A stretch of 16,722 nt of DNA. It comes from Candidatus Fraserbacteria bacterium (GTDB lineage: Bacteria > Bipolaricaulota > Bipolaricaulia > RBG-16-55-9 > JANLFV01). Made by a program: the position numbers and the translations under genes. The notes beneath the pieces were generated by a model, which saw nothing but the letters and a program-made list of their open reading frames with translations, made no database searches and was not told the origin of the DNA. This document shows, in pieces, positions 1 through 7,510 of this stretch. How positions within the stretch are numbered: position 1 is the first letter of the stretch; the number at the start of each line of letters is the position of its first letter. The stretch spans positions 3,548 to 20,269 of the forward strand of contig JBBIJD010000008.1 of NCBI GenBank assembly GCA_037446135.1. The letters run 5' to 3'.

Positions 1-120
1 GGCAAAGGACTTATTCCCCAATACAGTGCTCACCCCCTCACCGGCATCGAAGAGGGTCCGGTCAGGGCTGTAGTAGACCCAGGTCGAGTAGAGGGCCTTG
101 GAGTAGGCGATCAGCTTCAT
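1..120 (-). CDS. rnz: Ribonuclease Z, Thermotoga (TM)-type, MBL fold; 5' part only, runs off the window
   Basis: Not in the ORF track. Manual translation from ATG at 120 gives MKLIAYSKALYSTWVYYSPDRTLFDAGEGVSTVLGNKSFA, which closely resembles the T. maritima tRNase Z N-terminus as I recall it (SKALFSTWIYYSPERILFDAGEGVST). Confidence 0.85.
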   Translation of the reverse strand, partial: MKLIAYSKALYSTWVYYSPDRTLFDAGEGVSTVLGNKSFA

Positions 121-129
121 GGCCGGATT

Positions 130-158
130 ATTCTATAGGCTTAGTCAGATCGCTTCAA
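130..158 (-). promoter_or_regulatory. Sigma70-type promoter for rnz; leaderless or very short leader
   Basis: Minus strand TTGAAG (158-153), 17-nt spacer, TAGAAT (135-130), then 9 nt to the ATG with no SD. Confidence 0.6.
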
Positions 159-299
159 TCGCTAAGAGGCTCAGATCTCCCGGCCGTAGATCAGCGCCAG
201 GAACCCGCCGGCCAATACCGCCAGTGCGAGCCAATAGCGGAAGGAGAGGAGCCCCAAGAGGAAGAGGATCCCCGGCCAGAAGAGTAGGGCCTCCCAATC

Positions 300-1034
300 C
301 TAGCGATAGTAGCGGGAGAAGAAGCCCTCGGGGATGAAGGAGATGATGAGCAAAATCGCGCCGATGGCGATCAGCCAGCCGGCTGTCCTCTTGGGCTGCT
401 TCGGGATGGAGAAGGCCATCCCTAGGGCCAGCACCCCCAAGAACAGCCCTAGCGCCGGAAGCACCAGGAGCACCGGTGTGCCTCGGATGTAACTGGAGTT
501 GAAGGCTATGAGCCGGATGAGGTAATAAACGGCCGTGAGCCCGCCCCCGATGGCCCCGGCAAGGGTCGCTGCAAGTCTGAGCCACTCCGCCGGCCTGGGT
601 TGCTCTCTTGCCTCCGCTGAGCATACTGTGGGATTCTCGAGGAGCTTCCCTACGGGGAGCCTCCGCCCGCGGGCGTCCCGGATCGAGCCGATGGCAATGA
701 GGATTACATCGATCAGCCACCAGATCCCCAGCCCGCCGAGGGTGAGGAGCTTCAGGACCCCCAGCCCGACATAGCCGAGGTAGAAGCGATCGACCCCGAG
801 GTGGCCGAGGAAGATCGAGAGGAGTAGTGCGGCGAGCCAGCTCTTCGGGCTCTCCATTGCGACCGTCGCGGACGAGGGCGGGGCCTTTGCCTCGCGCGCG
901 CGGATCGCATCCGCCGCGCAGGCCTTGCAGTAGACCTTCCCCTCGACCTCTAGGGTGCACTCCTGGCAGACCCCCTTCCCACAGGCGACACAGACCCCGA
1001 TGGCATCCCGATCCTGGTGGGAATAGCACCTCAT
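300..1034 (-). CDS. B-box-type zinc finger + TM2 domain membrane protein; in-frame TAG at 300-302, with the frame staying open to TGA at 171-173
   Basis: ATG at 1034 follows GGAGGAGG. N-terminal CxxH..CxxC..CxxC..CxxC; TM2 motif [42 protein letters not shown]; further hydrophobic helices. Confidence 0.8.
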   Translation of the reverse strand: MRCYSHQDRDAIGVCVACGKGVCQECTLEVEGKVYCKACAADAIRAREAKAPPSSATVAMESPKSWLAALLLSIFLGHLGVDRFYLGYVGLGVLKLLTLGGLGIWWLIDVILIAIGSIRDARGRRLPVGKLLENPTVCSAEAREQPRPAEWLRLAATLAGAIGGGLTAVYYLIRLIAFNSSYIRGTPVLLVLPALGLFLGVLALGMAFSIPKQPKRTAGWLIAIGAILLIISFIPEGFFSRYYR

Positions 1035-1079
1035 CCTTCCCCCTCCTCCGACAAGATTATGCTCCCCAACGCTGAAAGG

Positions 1080-1107
1080 TTGCACCTCGGCCTGGCTTCG
1101 GTATAAT
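1080..1107 (+). promoter_or_regulatory. Sigma70 promoter of the zur-znu operon
   Basis: TTGCAC (1080-1085), 16-nt spacer, TATAAT (1102-1107). The ATG lies 7 nt downstream, so the transcript is probably leaderless. Confidence 0.75.
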
Positions 1108-1124
1108 TGAGACGATGTCTCAAT
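1106..1124. promoter_or_regulatory. Putative Zur/Fur-family operator
   Basis: Perfect 8-3-8 inverted repeat ATTGAGAC-GAT-GTCTCAAT overlapping the -10 element, the predicted TSS and the start codon of the Fur-family gene. Confidence 0.7.
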
Positions 1125-1558
1125 CTGGGAATGAGGCCGGATTGTTTGAGGAATTGAGCGCAGCGGGCTATCGGCTGACCGCCCCCCGCCGGGCGGTCCT
1201 CCAAGTCCTGGAAGAGGCAGGGGCTCATCTCCGCCCTGAGGAGGTCCTCGAGCGGGCGAGACTGATCTATCCCGGCCTCGGGCGGGCTACAGTCTACCGG
1301 ACACTCGCCCTGTTGACCGGCCTCGGACTCCTCCGACCGACCTATCTCAACGGGGGCCGTCCCGCCCGCTTGGCCTGCGTCCAGGGAGGCCATCATCATC
1401 TCGTCTGCTTAGCTTGTGGTCACTCCTTCAGCTTCCCGGAATGCTATGAGGGTGAATTGGAGGAAGAGCTGGCCAAGCGGTTCGATTTCCAGATCAAGAG
1501 CCATCTCCTCGAATTCTATGGCCTCTGCCCCGACTGCCGCGAGGTCGAAGATGCCTAA
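1115..1558 (+). CDS. zur: Fur-family transcriptional repressor, probably Zur
   Basis: [19 protein letters not shown] helix, [10 protein letters not shown] and C-terminal GLCPDC; first gene of a Zn/Mn ABC operon. Confidence 0.85.
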   Translation: MSQSGNEAGLFEELSAAGYRLTAPRRAVLQVLEEAGAHLRPEEVLERARLIYPGLGRATVYRTLALLTGLGLLRPTYLNGGRPARLACVQGGHHHLVCLACGHSFSFPECYEGELEEELAKRFDFQIKSHLLEFYGLCPDCREVEDA

Positions 1559-2444
1559 CCTCAAGCATTTCGGGCTCATCATGTTCCTCTTGGTGTCGCT
1601 GGCCTTTGGCCTCGGCCAGGCAGGCCATGAGCTGAAGGTGGTAGCGACCACGACAATTGTGGGGGATGTGGTCCGAAACATCGGAGGCGAGGCGATCGCC
1701 TTAACTGTCCTCTTGCCGCCGGGAGCCGATCCTCACAGCTATGAGCCGGTCCCACAGGACTTGGTCGCGCTAGCCGAGGCGGACCTCATCTTCATCAATG
1801 GGGCCGGGCTCGAGGCGGGCCTCGAGCCTTTCCTCAGGGATGCTAGGGCGTGGCGCGCCACGCCGGTCATCTCCGTCTCTGAAGGGCTCACCCTCCGGCA
1901 GCTCGAAGAGGAGGGCGAGTTCGACCCCCATGTCTGGTTCGATCCGCAGAATGTCCTGGTCTGGGTGGAGAATATCGAGAAGGCCCTGACCGCCGCCGAT
2001 CCGGCGAATGCCGGAGGCTACGCCTCTAACGCTCGGGCCTACAAGCTGGCGCTGCAGGGGCTCGACGCCTGGATTGCCGAGCAGGTTGCCCAGATACCCC
2101 TGGAGAATCGCAAGCTGGTCACCGACCATCTCTTCCTGGGTTACTTCGCTGACCGCTATGGCTTCGAGTATCTTGGGGCCATCTTCCCCGGCTTCAGCAC
2201 CCTGGCCGAGCCGTCGGCAAGGGAGCTGGCCGAGCTGGAGGAGGCGATCCTCCGCTCTGGAGTCGAGGCGATCTTCGTCGGGATGACGGTCAATCCCGCC
2301 CTGGCGGAGCGGCTCGCGGCCGACACTGGAGTCAAGATCATCTTCCTGTATACCGGCTCGTTGAGCGAGCCCGGCGGCCAGGCTGATACCTACTTGAAGC
2401 TCATGGAATATGATGTCTCGGCGATCGTTGGGGCCCTCAAGTGA
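1551..2444 (+). CDS. znuA: Zn/Mn ABC transporter substrate-binding protein (ZnuA/TroA family)
   Basis: ATG at 1551 overlaps the zur 3' end. Signal peptide, VVATTTIVGD, DPHSYEP, DPHVWFDP and TDH metal-ligand motifs. Confidence 0.9.
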   Translation: MPNLKHFGLIMFLLVSLAFGLGQAGHELKVVATTTIVGDVVRNIGGEAIALTVLLPPGADPHSYEPVPQDLVALAEADLIFINGAGLEAGLEPFLRDARAWRATPVISVSEGLTLRQLEEEGEFDPHVWFDPQNVLVWVENIEKALTAADPANAGGYASNARAYKLALQGLDAWIAEQVAQIPLENRKLVTDHLFLGYFADRYGFEYLGAIFPGFSTLAEPSARELAELEEAILRSGVEAIFVGMTVNPALAERLAADTGVKIIFLYTGSLSEPGGQADTYLKLMEYDVSAIVGALK

Positions 2445-2451
2445 GGTGGAG

Positions 2452-3222
2452 ATGAATCCCCTCCTCGAGGTTTCGGGCTTGGTCGTCTCTTACAATGGCC
2501 GGCCGGCACTCGAAGGGGTCTCCTTCACGGTCCGGTGCGGGGAGGGAATAGCGGTGGTCGGGCCGAACGGGGCGGGGAAGACCACGCTCTTCCGGGCCAT
2601 CGCCGGGCTGGTCCGCCCCGTCGCGGGGACGATCCGGCTCGCCCCTCAGGTCCAGCTCGCCTATCTCCCTCAGCGGAGCCAGGTCGACTGGGCCTTCCCC
2701 GTGACTGTGGCCGATGTGGTGATGCTGGGGTTGATCCGGCGGATCGGCTGGCTCCGGCTCCCAGGCCGGCGGGAAAGGCTGGCCGTGCGCGAGGCGCTCG
2801 AACAGGTCGGCCTGGAGCACCTGGCAGGACGGCAGATCGGGGAGCTCTCCGGGGGCGAGCAGCAGCGGATGTTCCTCGCCCGGGCCATAGTCCAGGGGGC
2901 TGAGCTTCTCCTGCTCGATGAGTCGCTCACCGGACTCGACGCGGCAGCGCAGGAGGAGATCCTCCGGCTCCTCGAGGGCCTCCGCGAACATGGCGCGCCA
3001 CGCGGAGTGGCGGTCCTGCTCGCGACTCACGACTTAAACTTAGCTAGTGCGCGGTTCGACCGGGTGATGCTCCTCAACCGGAGGCTCTTGGGGCTCGGGA
3101 AGGCCGAAGAGGTCCTGACCCCTGAGCGGCTGAAGGCGGCCTACGGAGGCCATCTCCGGCTCGTCCAGACCGCTGAAGGGCTGACCATCCTTTGTGATAC
3201 CTGCTGCCGGGACGGGCGGTGA
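2452..3222 (+). CDS. znuC: Metal ABC transporter ATP-binding protein
   Basis: ATG at 2452 after GAGGTGGAG. Walker A GPNGAGKTT, YLPQ, LSGGEQQR, Walker B LLLLDE, H-loop THD. Confidence 0.9.
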   Translation: MNPLLEVSGLVVSYNGRPALEGVSFTVRCGEGIAVVGPNGAGKTTLFRAIAGLVRPVAGTIRLAPQVQLAYLPQRSQVDWAFPVTVADVVMLGLIRRIGWLRLPGRRERLAVREALEQVGLEHLAGRQIGELSGGEQQRMFLARAIVQGAELLLLDESLTGLDAAAQEEILRLLEGLREHGAPRGVAVLLATHDLNLASARFDRVMLLNRRLLGLGKAEEVLTPERLKAAYGGHLRLVQTAEGLTILCDTCCRDGR

Positions 3223-3228
3223 GATGAG

Positions 3229-4080
3229 ATGGGGCCGATCCTCGAGCCGCTGGCCCATCCCTTCATGGTCCGCGGCCTGGTCGCGGCGGTCCTCGTCGGG
3301 CTGGTGAGCCCCCTCGTCGGCTCCTATGTAGTCTTGCGAGGGATGGCCTTCTTCGGGGATGCCCTGGCCCATGCCATCCTCCCCGGCGTGGCCGTGGGCT
3401 ACCTCCTCAGCGGGGGAGTCCGCGGCCCCCTCTTCTGGTGGGCCTTGCTCGCGGCGGTCCTGGCCGCCTTGGGGATCGGCGCGCTCAGCCGCGGGGCAAG
3501 GATGAAAGGGGATACGGCCATCGGGATCGTCTTCGCGGGGATGTTCGCCCTGGGGATCGCCCTCATCTCCCGAGCCAGGGGTTATGCTGTGGACCTGGCC
3601 CACTTGCTCTTCGGGAATCCCCTAGCTGTATCCAATCGGGACTTAACCATAATGGCGGCCCTCGCCGGGGCGGTCTTGCTCATCATTCTCGCCTTCTACA
3701 AGGAGTTCCTCCTCCTCGCCTTCGATCCCCTCCAGGCGGCCGTGCTCCGCCTCCCGGTCGGGTTCCTCCACTATCTCCTTTTAGTGCTGATCGCCTCGAC
3801 CGCGGTGATCGCGCTCCAGACGGTCGGAGTGGCCCTGACGGTCGCGCTGCTCGTGACTCCCGCGGCCACGGCCCAATTGCTGGCCAAGCGCCTCCCGGCG
3901 ATGATGGCCTTCGGGGCCATCAATGGGGCCCTCTCTGGGGTGGCCGGCCTCTATCTCTCCTATTACACGAGCGTGGCCTCCGGGGCGGCGATCGCCCTCG
4001 TTGCCACAGCCCTCTTCCTCCTGGCCCTCTTCTCGCGGGGCCTCCGGCGCGTGGCGCGCCACGCGGTCGGCCGAGTGTGA
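3229..4080 (+). CDS. znuB: Metal ABC transporter permease (ABC-3 family)
   Basis: GSYVVLRGMAFFGDALAHAILPG, DTAIGIVF and LFGN motifs; multiple TM helices. Confidence 0.9.
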   Translation: MGPILEPLAHPFMVRGLVAAVLVGLVSPLVGSYVVLRGMAFFGDALAHAILPGVAVGYLLSGGVRGPLFWWALLAAVLAALGIGALSRGARMKGDTAIGIVFAGMFALGIALISRARGYAVDLAHLLFGNPLAVSNRDLTIMAALAGAVLLIILAFYKEFLLLAFDPLQAAVLRLPVGFLHYLLLVLIASTAVIALQTVGVALTVALLVTPAATAQLLAKRLPAMMAFGAINGALSGVAGLYLSYYTSVASGAAIALVATALFLLALFSRGLRRVARHAVGRV

Positions 4081-4148
4081 GTGGGGTGTCAAGGGGCAAG
4101 AGCCCTGATCCTTTCAGCAGATTCATGTGCACCCCGAAACACTCGCTG

Positions 4149-4154
4149 TATAAT
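4149..4154 (+). promoter_or_regulatory. Putative -10 element for the riboswitch leader
   Basis: Perfect TATAAT ~25 nt upstream of the aptamer; the -35 match is weak. Confidence 0.5.
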
Positions 4155-4177
4155 GCACCTCGGCTTTAGAGTAGGGT

Positions 4178-4261
4178 CTCATCCGATAAGGGCAAACCTA
4201 TCGCGAGGTAGGGGCGCAAAGCCGCGAGTCTCTCGGAGACTGTCGGGCTGCCGAAGATGAG
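4178..4261 (+). ncRNA. Cyclic di-GMP-I (GEMM) riboswitch aptamer
   Basis: P1 CTCATC..GATGAG; AGGGCAAACC-TATC-GCGA(GNRA)-GGTA-GG; GGCGCAAAGCC; P3 AGTCTC-TCG-GAGACT; GGGCTGCCGA. G at the position equivalent to Vc2 G20. Confidence 0.92.
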
Positions 4262-4335
4262 CATAGTTATTATTTGTGATGTAGGGCAGTGTGCCTCTCG
4301 AAAGGCTCCTCCTTTCGGAACAACCTCCTTTAGCT

Positions 4336-4482
4336 GGGAGAGCTCGACCGGGCAAGGTGCCACCCCAAGCGGGCTTACACCCCGCGCGCTACACGAGATC
4401 TTTCCCCGGTTCCCTTTCATTCATTCTTTTCCCCACGGTAGCGGCGAAGGGGGCGGTTCGAATCCGCAGGTCGAGCTCTCCC
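4336..4482 (+). ncRNA. Unrecognised tRNA-like structured RNA domain
   Basis: 14-bp perfect closing stem (4336-4349/4469-4482), D-like hairpin GGCA-AGG-TGCC, CCCC/GGGG helix, hairpin GCGGG-CTTACAC-CCCGC, CGCTAC/GTAGCG stem and T-arm GCGG-TTCGAAT-CCGC. No encoded CCA. Confidence 0.6.
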
Positions 4483-4539
4483 CTTGCCTCGGCCATTATT
4501 TTTTAAGCGGTAAAGGGGGTGAGAGGACGGGTGGGGGAC

Positions 4540-4575
4540 GAGAAGAGGGGTGTTAGAGCTAACACCCCTCTTCTC
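4540..4575. repeat. Perfect 17-bp inverted repeat hairpin
   Basis: GAGAAGAGGGGTGTTAG-AG-CTAACACCCCTCTTCTC; no U-tract on either strand. Confidence 0.85.
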
Positions 4576-4607
4576 CAAATTCTAGCGTGCCAGGCAGGAG
4601 GTTAGCG

Positions 4608-6104
4608 ATGGGGAAGAGAGGGAGGTTATTAAGGTGTTCTTATCTGGTGGTAACTTTGGCCCTGTTGGCAGCCGGCCCAGCTGCCTCACTTTCCTCCGCG
4701 GCCACGGCCGCGGTTAGCTCGGGCTATTCCCTGCGGCAGGGCGGGTTCTTCCAGGAGTTCATGCCGTTGAGTGGGCCGAGCCCCGTCGCCGCTTTCTATA
4801 ACTATCTCGATTACCAAGCCAATAACCACTTACCCCTTCCCGACCACAGCCTTATCTTCCTCTATCGGGAGAGCGAGAGCGGCGAGCTGAGCCTGGTCAT
4901 CATCCACGATGCCCCTGATGGGACAAACGGGGCGGCCATCTTCCACTTCTCCGGGCTGCCAGAGACGACGGTGCTAATCCTGCTCGACGATGATGACGGC
5001 TCGGACCGATTCTCCCTGGCCCCGCCGCAAGGCGAGGCTTATTGGTATTGGTATCCCGGCCATACAGACGGGCTGGTGCTCGGAGGGCTGGGGGAACAGT
5101 TCGAGCTCACGATCACCCCCGACTTCCTCTGGGGGATTAAGAGCTGGGACCTCCTCACGGGTAGGCCCGAGGCCCCTGTGGCGATCCCCCTCCCCAGCTT
5201 GAGCGAGCCGCTCACCATCACCGCGAGGAACCATCCCCCGCAGGCCGCCTTCACTATCTGGCCCCTTGACCCTTACATCTATGAGCAGGTCCGGTTCGAC
5301 GCCTCTCCCTCCCAAGACCCTGATGGGGGGATAACAAGCTATGAATGGGACCTGGACGGCGATGGCTCCTATGAGCTCAGGCTGGGTTCCCCCGAGGTGG
5401 AGCACTCCTTCAACAACGCCAGCACCCATCTGGTGAGCTTGCGCGTCCGGGATAACCTCGGAGCGATCGGGATGATGAGCCGGCCGGTCGAGGTCCGGGA
5501 GGGGATTGTAAGCGTCTCGCGGGTCATCTCCACTCCTTTCCCGGACCATGAGGTCCTCAGCGGTGGGAGCTTCCGGGTGACCGTAGCCATCAGGGCCCAT
5601 AGCACAGTCATCGGCCTCGGCCTGGACGAGGACCTCCCCTCGGGCTGGGAGGTCCGGCCACTCAGTCAGGATGGAGCCCAATTCAAGGGCTCCTCCACCC
5701 AGTGGCTCTTCTTCGAGCAGCTCGAGGCCGGGGAAGAGAGGGTCATCACCTACGAGGTCCGGGTCCCCGAGGATGCCAGGCCGGGGGCCTTCCGCATCAG
5801 CGGGAGAGTGATCACCACCCTCCCCGCCGCGGAGGCCCCAGTCCTGGGGGAGAGCGAGGTCAAGGTCAGCCGCTTCCTCTCGATCCGGGTGGCGATCTCC
5901 CGGCTCGATGTCGAGACCGGAGAGATCAACCCTGATCTCCCGAACATCATCAGTTTCCCGCAGATCCAGTTCGCCGTGGCCCTCTGGCTCGAGGACCGGC
6001 CCGTCCCGGGGACGAACGGGAAGAGAATCGACCTGAAGACGATGGTCGAGCTGGTCGCCTACTGGCTGACGGACACCCCTGTGGATCAACCCCTGAGGCG
6101 CTAG
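4608..6104 (+). CDS. Secreted/cell-surface PKD-domain protein
   Basis: AGGAGG at 4596-4601 and ATG at 4608. Basic-hydrophobic signal peptide; PKD motif NHPPQAAF..VRFDASPSQDPDGGITSYEWDLDGDG..VSLRVRDNLGA; a further beta-sandwich-like domain; C-terminal duplicated W-containing helical motif. Confidence 0.85.
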   Translation: MGKRGRLLRCSYLVVTLALLAAGPAASLSSAATAAVSSGYSLRQGGFFQEFMPLSGPSPVAAFYNYLDYQANNHLPLPDHSLIFLYRESESGELSLVIIHDAPDGTNGAAIFHFSGLPETTVLILLDDDDGSDRFSLAPPQGEAYWYWYPGHTDGLVLGGLGEQFELTITPDFLWGIKSWDLLTGRPEAPVAIPLPSLSEPLTITARNHPPQAAFTIWPLDPYIYEQVRFDASPSQDPDGGITSYEWDLDGDGSYELRLGSPEVEHSFNNASTHLVSLRVRDNLGAIGMMSRPVEVREGIVSVSRVISTPFPDHEVLSGGSFRVTVAIRAHSTVIGLGLDEDLPSGWEVRPLSQDGAQFKGSSTQWLFFEQLEAGEERVITYEVRVPEDARPGAFRISGRVITTLPAAEAPVLGESEVKVSRFLSIRVAISRLDVETGEINPDLPNIISFPQIQFAVALWLEDRPVPGTNGKRIDLKTMVELVAYWLTDTPVDQPLRR

Positions 6105-6113
6105 GGAAGTGAT

Positions 6114-7043
6114 TTACCGCTCGAGCTCCTTGAGGAGCTCCTCCGCCACTCGATAGGGCGAGGTCCGGCGGGCCAATAGCTCTTCGGCCTTGCAGTCCAG
6201 GGCCGCTAAGCCCCGGCCCTCCCAGAGCTGCCGCTCCAGCTCCTCCGCGATGATCCGCTTCAAGAAGACCCGGAGCCGCGCCAGCCGGCGCTCTAGAAGC
6301 TGACCCTTCTCCAAATACCGGCGGTGGCGGTCGAGCGCCCCCTTCAATTCGGGGAGGCCCTCGCCTCTCTCAGCCGCGGCCCGGATCACCGGAGGTCTCC
6401 ACTCCCTAGAGGAGAGGCTGAGGACCGCTCCCAGGTTCTGGAGGGCCGCATCCGCCCCGCCGAGGTCGGCCTTGTTCACCACGAGGAGATCGGCGATCTC
6501 CATCAGGCCGGCCTTCATCGCCTGGATCGCATCGCCTGATTGGGGAGTGAGGACTACCACCACGGTATCGGCGGCCTCGATGATATCTAATTCGGCCTGG
6601 CCGACCCCGATGGTCTCGAAGATGACCAGCTCGAACCCTGCGGCCTCGAGGAGGAGAGAGGCCTCGAAGGCCGCCCGGGCTAACCCCCCGAGCGCCCCCC
6701 GGGTGGCCATGCTCCGGATGAAGACCCCCTCATCTTTAGCAATCCCGCGCATCCGGATCCGGTCGCCGAGGAGGGCCCCTTGAGAGAAGGGGCTCGAAGG
6801 GTCACAGGCTAAGATCCCAATCCTTTTATGATCGGCCTTGAGGAGCGGGACGAGCCGGTCGACGAGCGTCGATTTCCCGACCCCCGGCGGGCCGGTGATC
6901 CCTAAGCGATAGGCCCGCCCGGTATGAGGGAAGATCCGCTCGATGAGCCCCCGCGCGCTCGGGTCACGGTCCTCCACCAGGCTGATCGCCCGAGCGAGGG
7001 CCCGCTGGTCGCCCTCAAGAATCCGCGTGATGAGCTCTTTCAC
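6114..7043 (-). CDS. meaB: Methylmalonyl-CoA mutase-associated GTPase (MeaB/ArgK/MMAA family)
   Basis: RALARAISLVE, GITGPPGVGKST, DPSSPFSQGALLGDRIRM, FIRSMATRG, ETIGVGQAE, QAMKAGLMEIAD and VVNKAD. Confidence 0.93.
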   Translation of the reverse strand: MKELITRILEGDQRALARAISLVEDRDPSARGLIERIFPHTGRAYRLGITGPPGVGKSTLVDRLVPLLKADHKRIGILACDPSSPFSQGALLGDRIRMRGIAKDEGVFIRSMATRGALGGLARAAFEASLLLEAAGFELVIFETIGVGQAELDIIEAADTVVVVLTPQSGDAIQAMKAGLMEIADLLVVNKADLGGADAALQNLGAVLSLSSREWRPPVIRAAAERGEGLPELKGALDRHRRYLEKGQLLERRLARLRVFLKRIIAEELERQLWEGRGLAALDCKAEELLARRTSPYRVAEELLKELER

Positions 7044-7510
7044 TTTACAGGCCGGAAATAGAGGATGTCGGTGATCTTCCCCTCTCGCTCCCGCTTCGGC
7101 TTTAAGACCGCCTCGACCTCCATGCCAATGCAGAGCTCATCCGGCTCAACCTCCCCGAGGAGGTGGAGGAGATCAGTCGTCTCATCCCCGAAGGAGATGA
7201 GGGCCCGGGTCTCCGGCTCCTCCAGTGGCTGGCCCTCGCGGTCGATCCGGGCGATGGTGAAGCTCCGGACCCGCCCGCGGAGGCCCACATCGATGAATTC
7301 CGTAAGCTCAGCGCAGCAGCGCTCACAATAGATCCGCGGGGGGATATAGGTGATCTCGCACCTCGCGCAGCGCGAGCCGAGGAGCTTACCCTCATCGCGC
7401 AGGGCCGTAAAGAATCGCTCGCCCGCCAGCCCGGCGGTGTAGTGGTAATGATCGACCTCCATATGGCCGAGCCAGTGCTTGATCTCCGTGGGTTTAGAGA
7501 TCCTCTCCAT
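7040..7510 (-). CDS. Zn-ribbon + OB-fold (DUF35) acyl-CoA-binding protein, copy 2
   Basis: FFTALRDEGKLLGSRCARC...PPRIYCERC, GRVRSFT, IGMEVEAV, C-terminal GKITDILYFRP. Confidence 0.88.
   Translation of the reverse strand: MERISKPTEIKHWLGHMEVDHYHYTAGLAGERFFTALRDEGKLLGSRCARCEITYIPPRIYCERCCAELTEFIDVGLRGRVRSFTIARIDREGQPLEEPETRALISFGDETTDLLHLLGEVEPDELCIGMEVEAVLKPKREREGKITDILYFRPVK

Noticed and set aside
4395..4425. Minus-strand AAAGGGAACCGGGGAAA resembling the start of a cobalamin riboswitch
   Set aside because: No downstream GCCCCCGCAACTGT or B12-box, and no minus-strand gene to regulate.
4343..4476. Functional tRNA-Val(TAC)
   Set aside because: Spacing is non-canonical (7 nt between the D-like and anticodon-like hairpins, ~67-nt extra region, 4-bp T-stem), there is no CCA, and the acceptor extends to 14 bp. 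Reported as tRNA-like instead.
1..4482. Functional link between rnz and the tRNA-like RNA
   Set aside because: They are 4 kb apart in different transcription units; proximity alone is not evidence.
4166..4556. Short ORFs 4166-4420, 4257-4556 and 4291-4506
   Set aside because: They run through the riboswitch and structured RNA, with no convincing RBS or protein features.
4974..6089. 371-aa minus-strand ORF, and similar shadows at 13588-14517, 145-1029 and 3438-4169
   Set aside because: They overlap well-supported genes in other frames or strands and have no recognisable domains.
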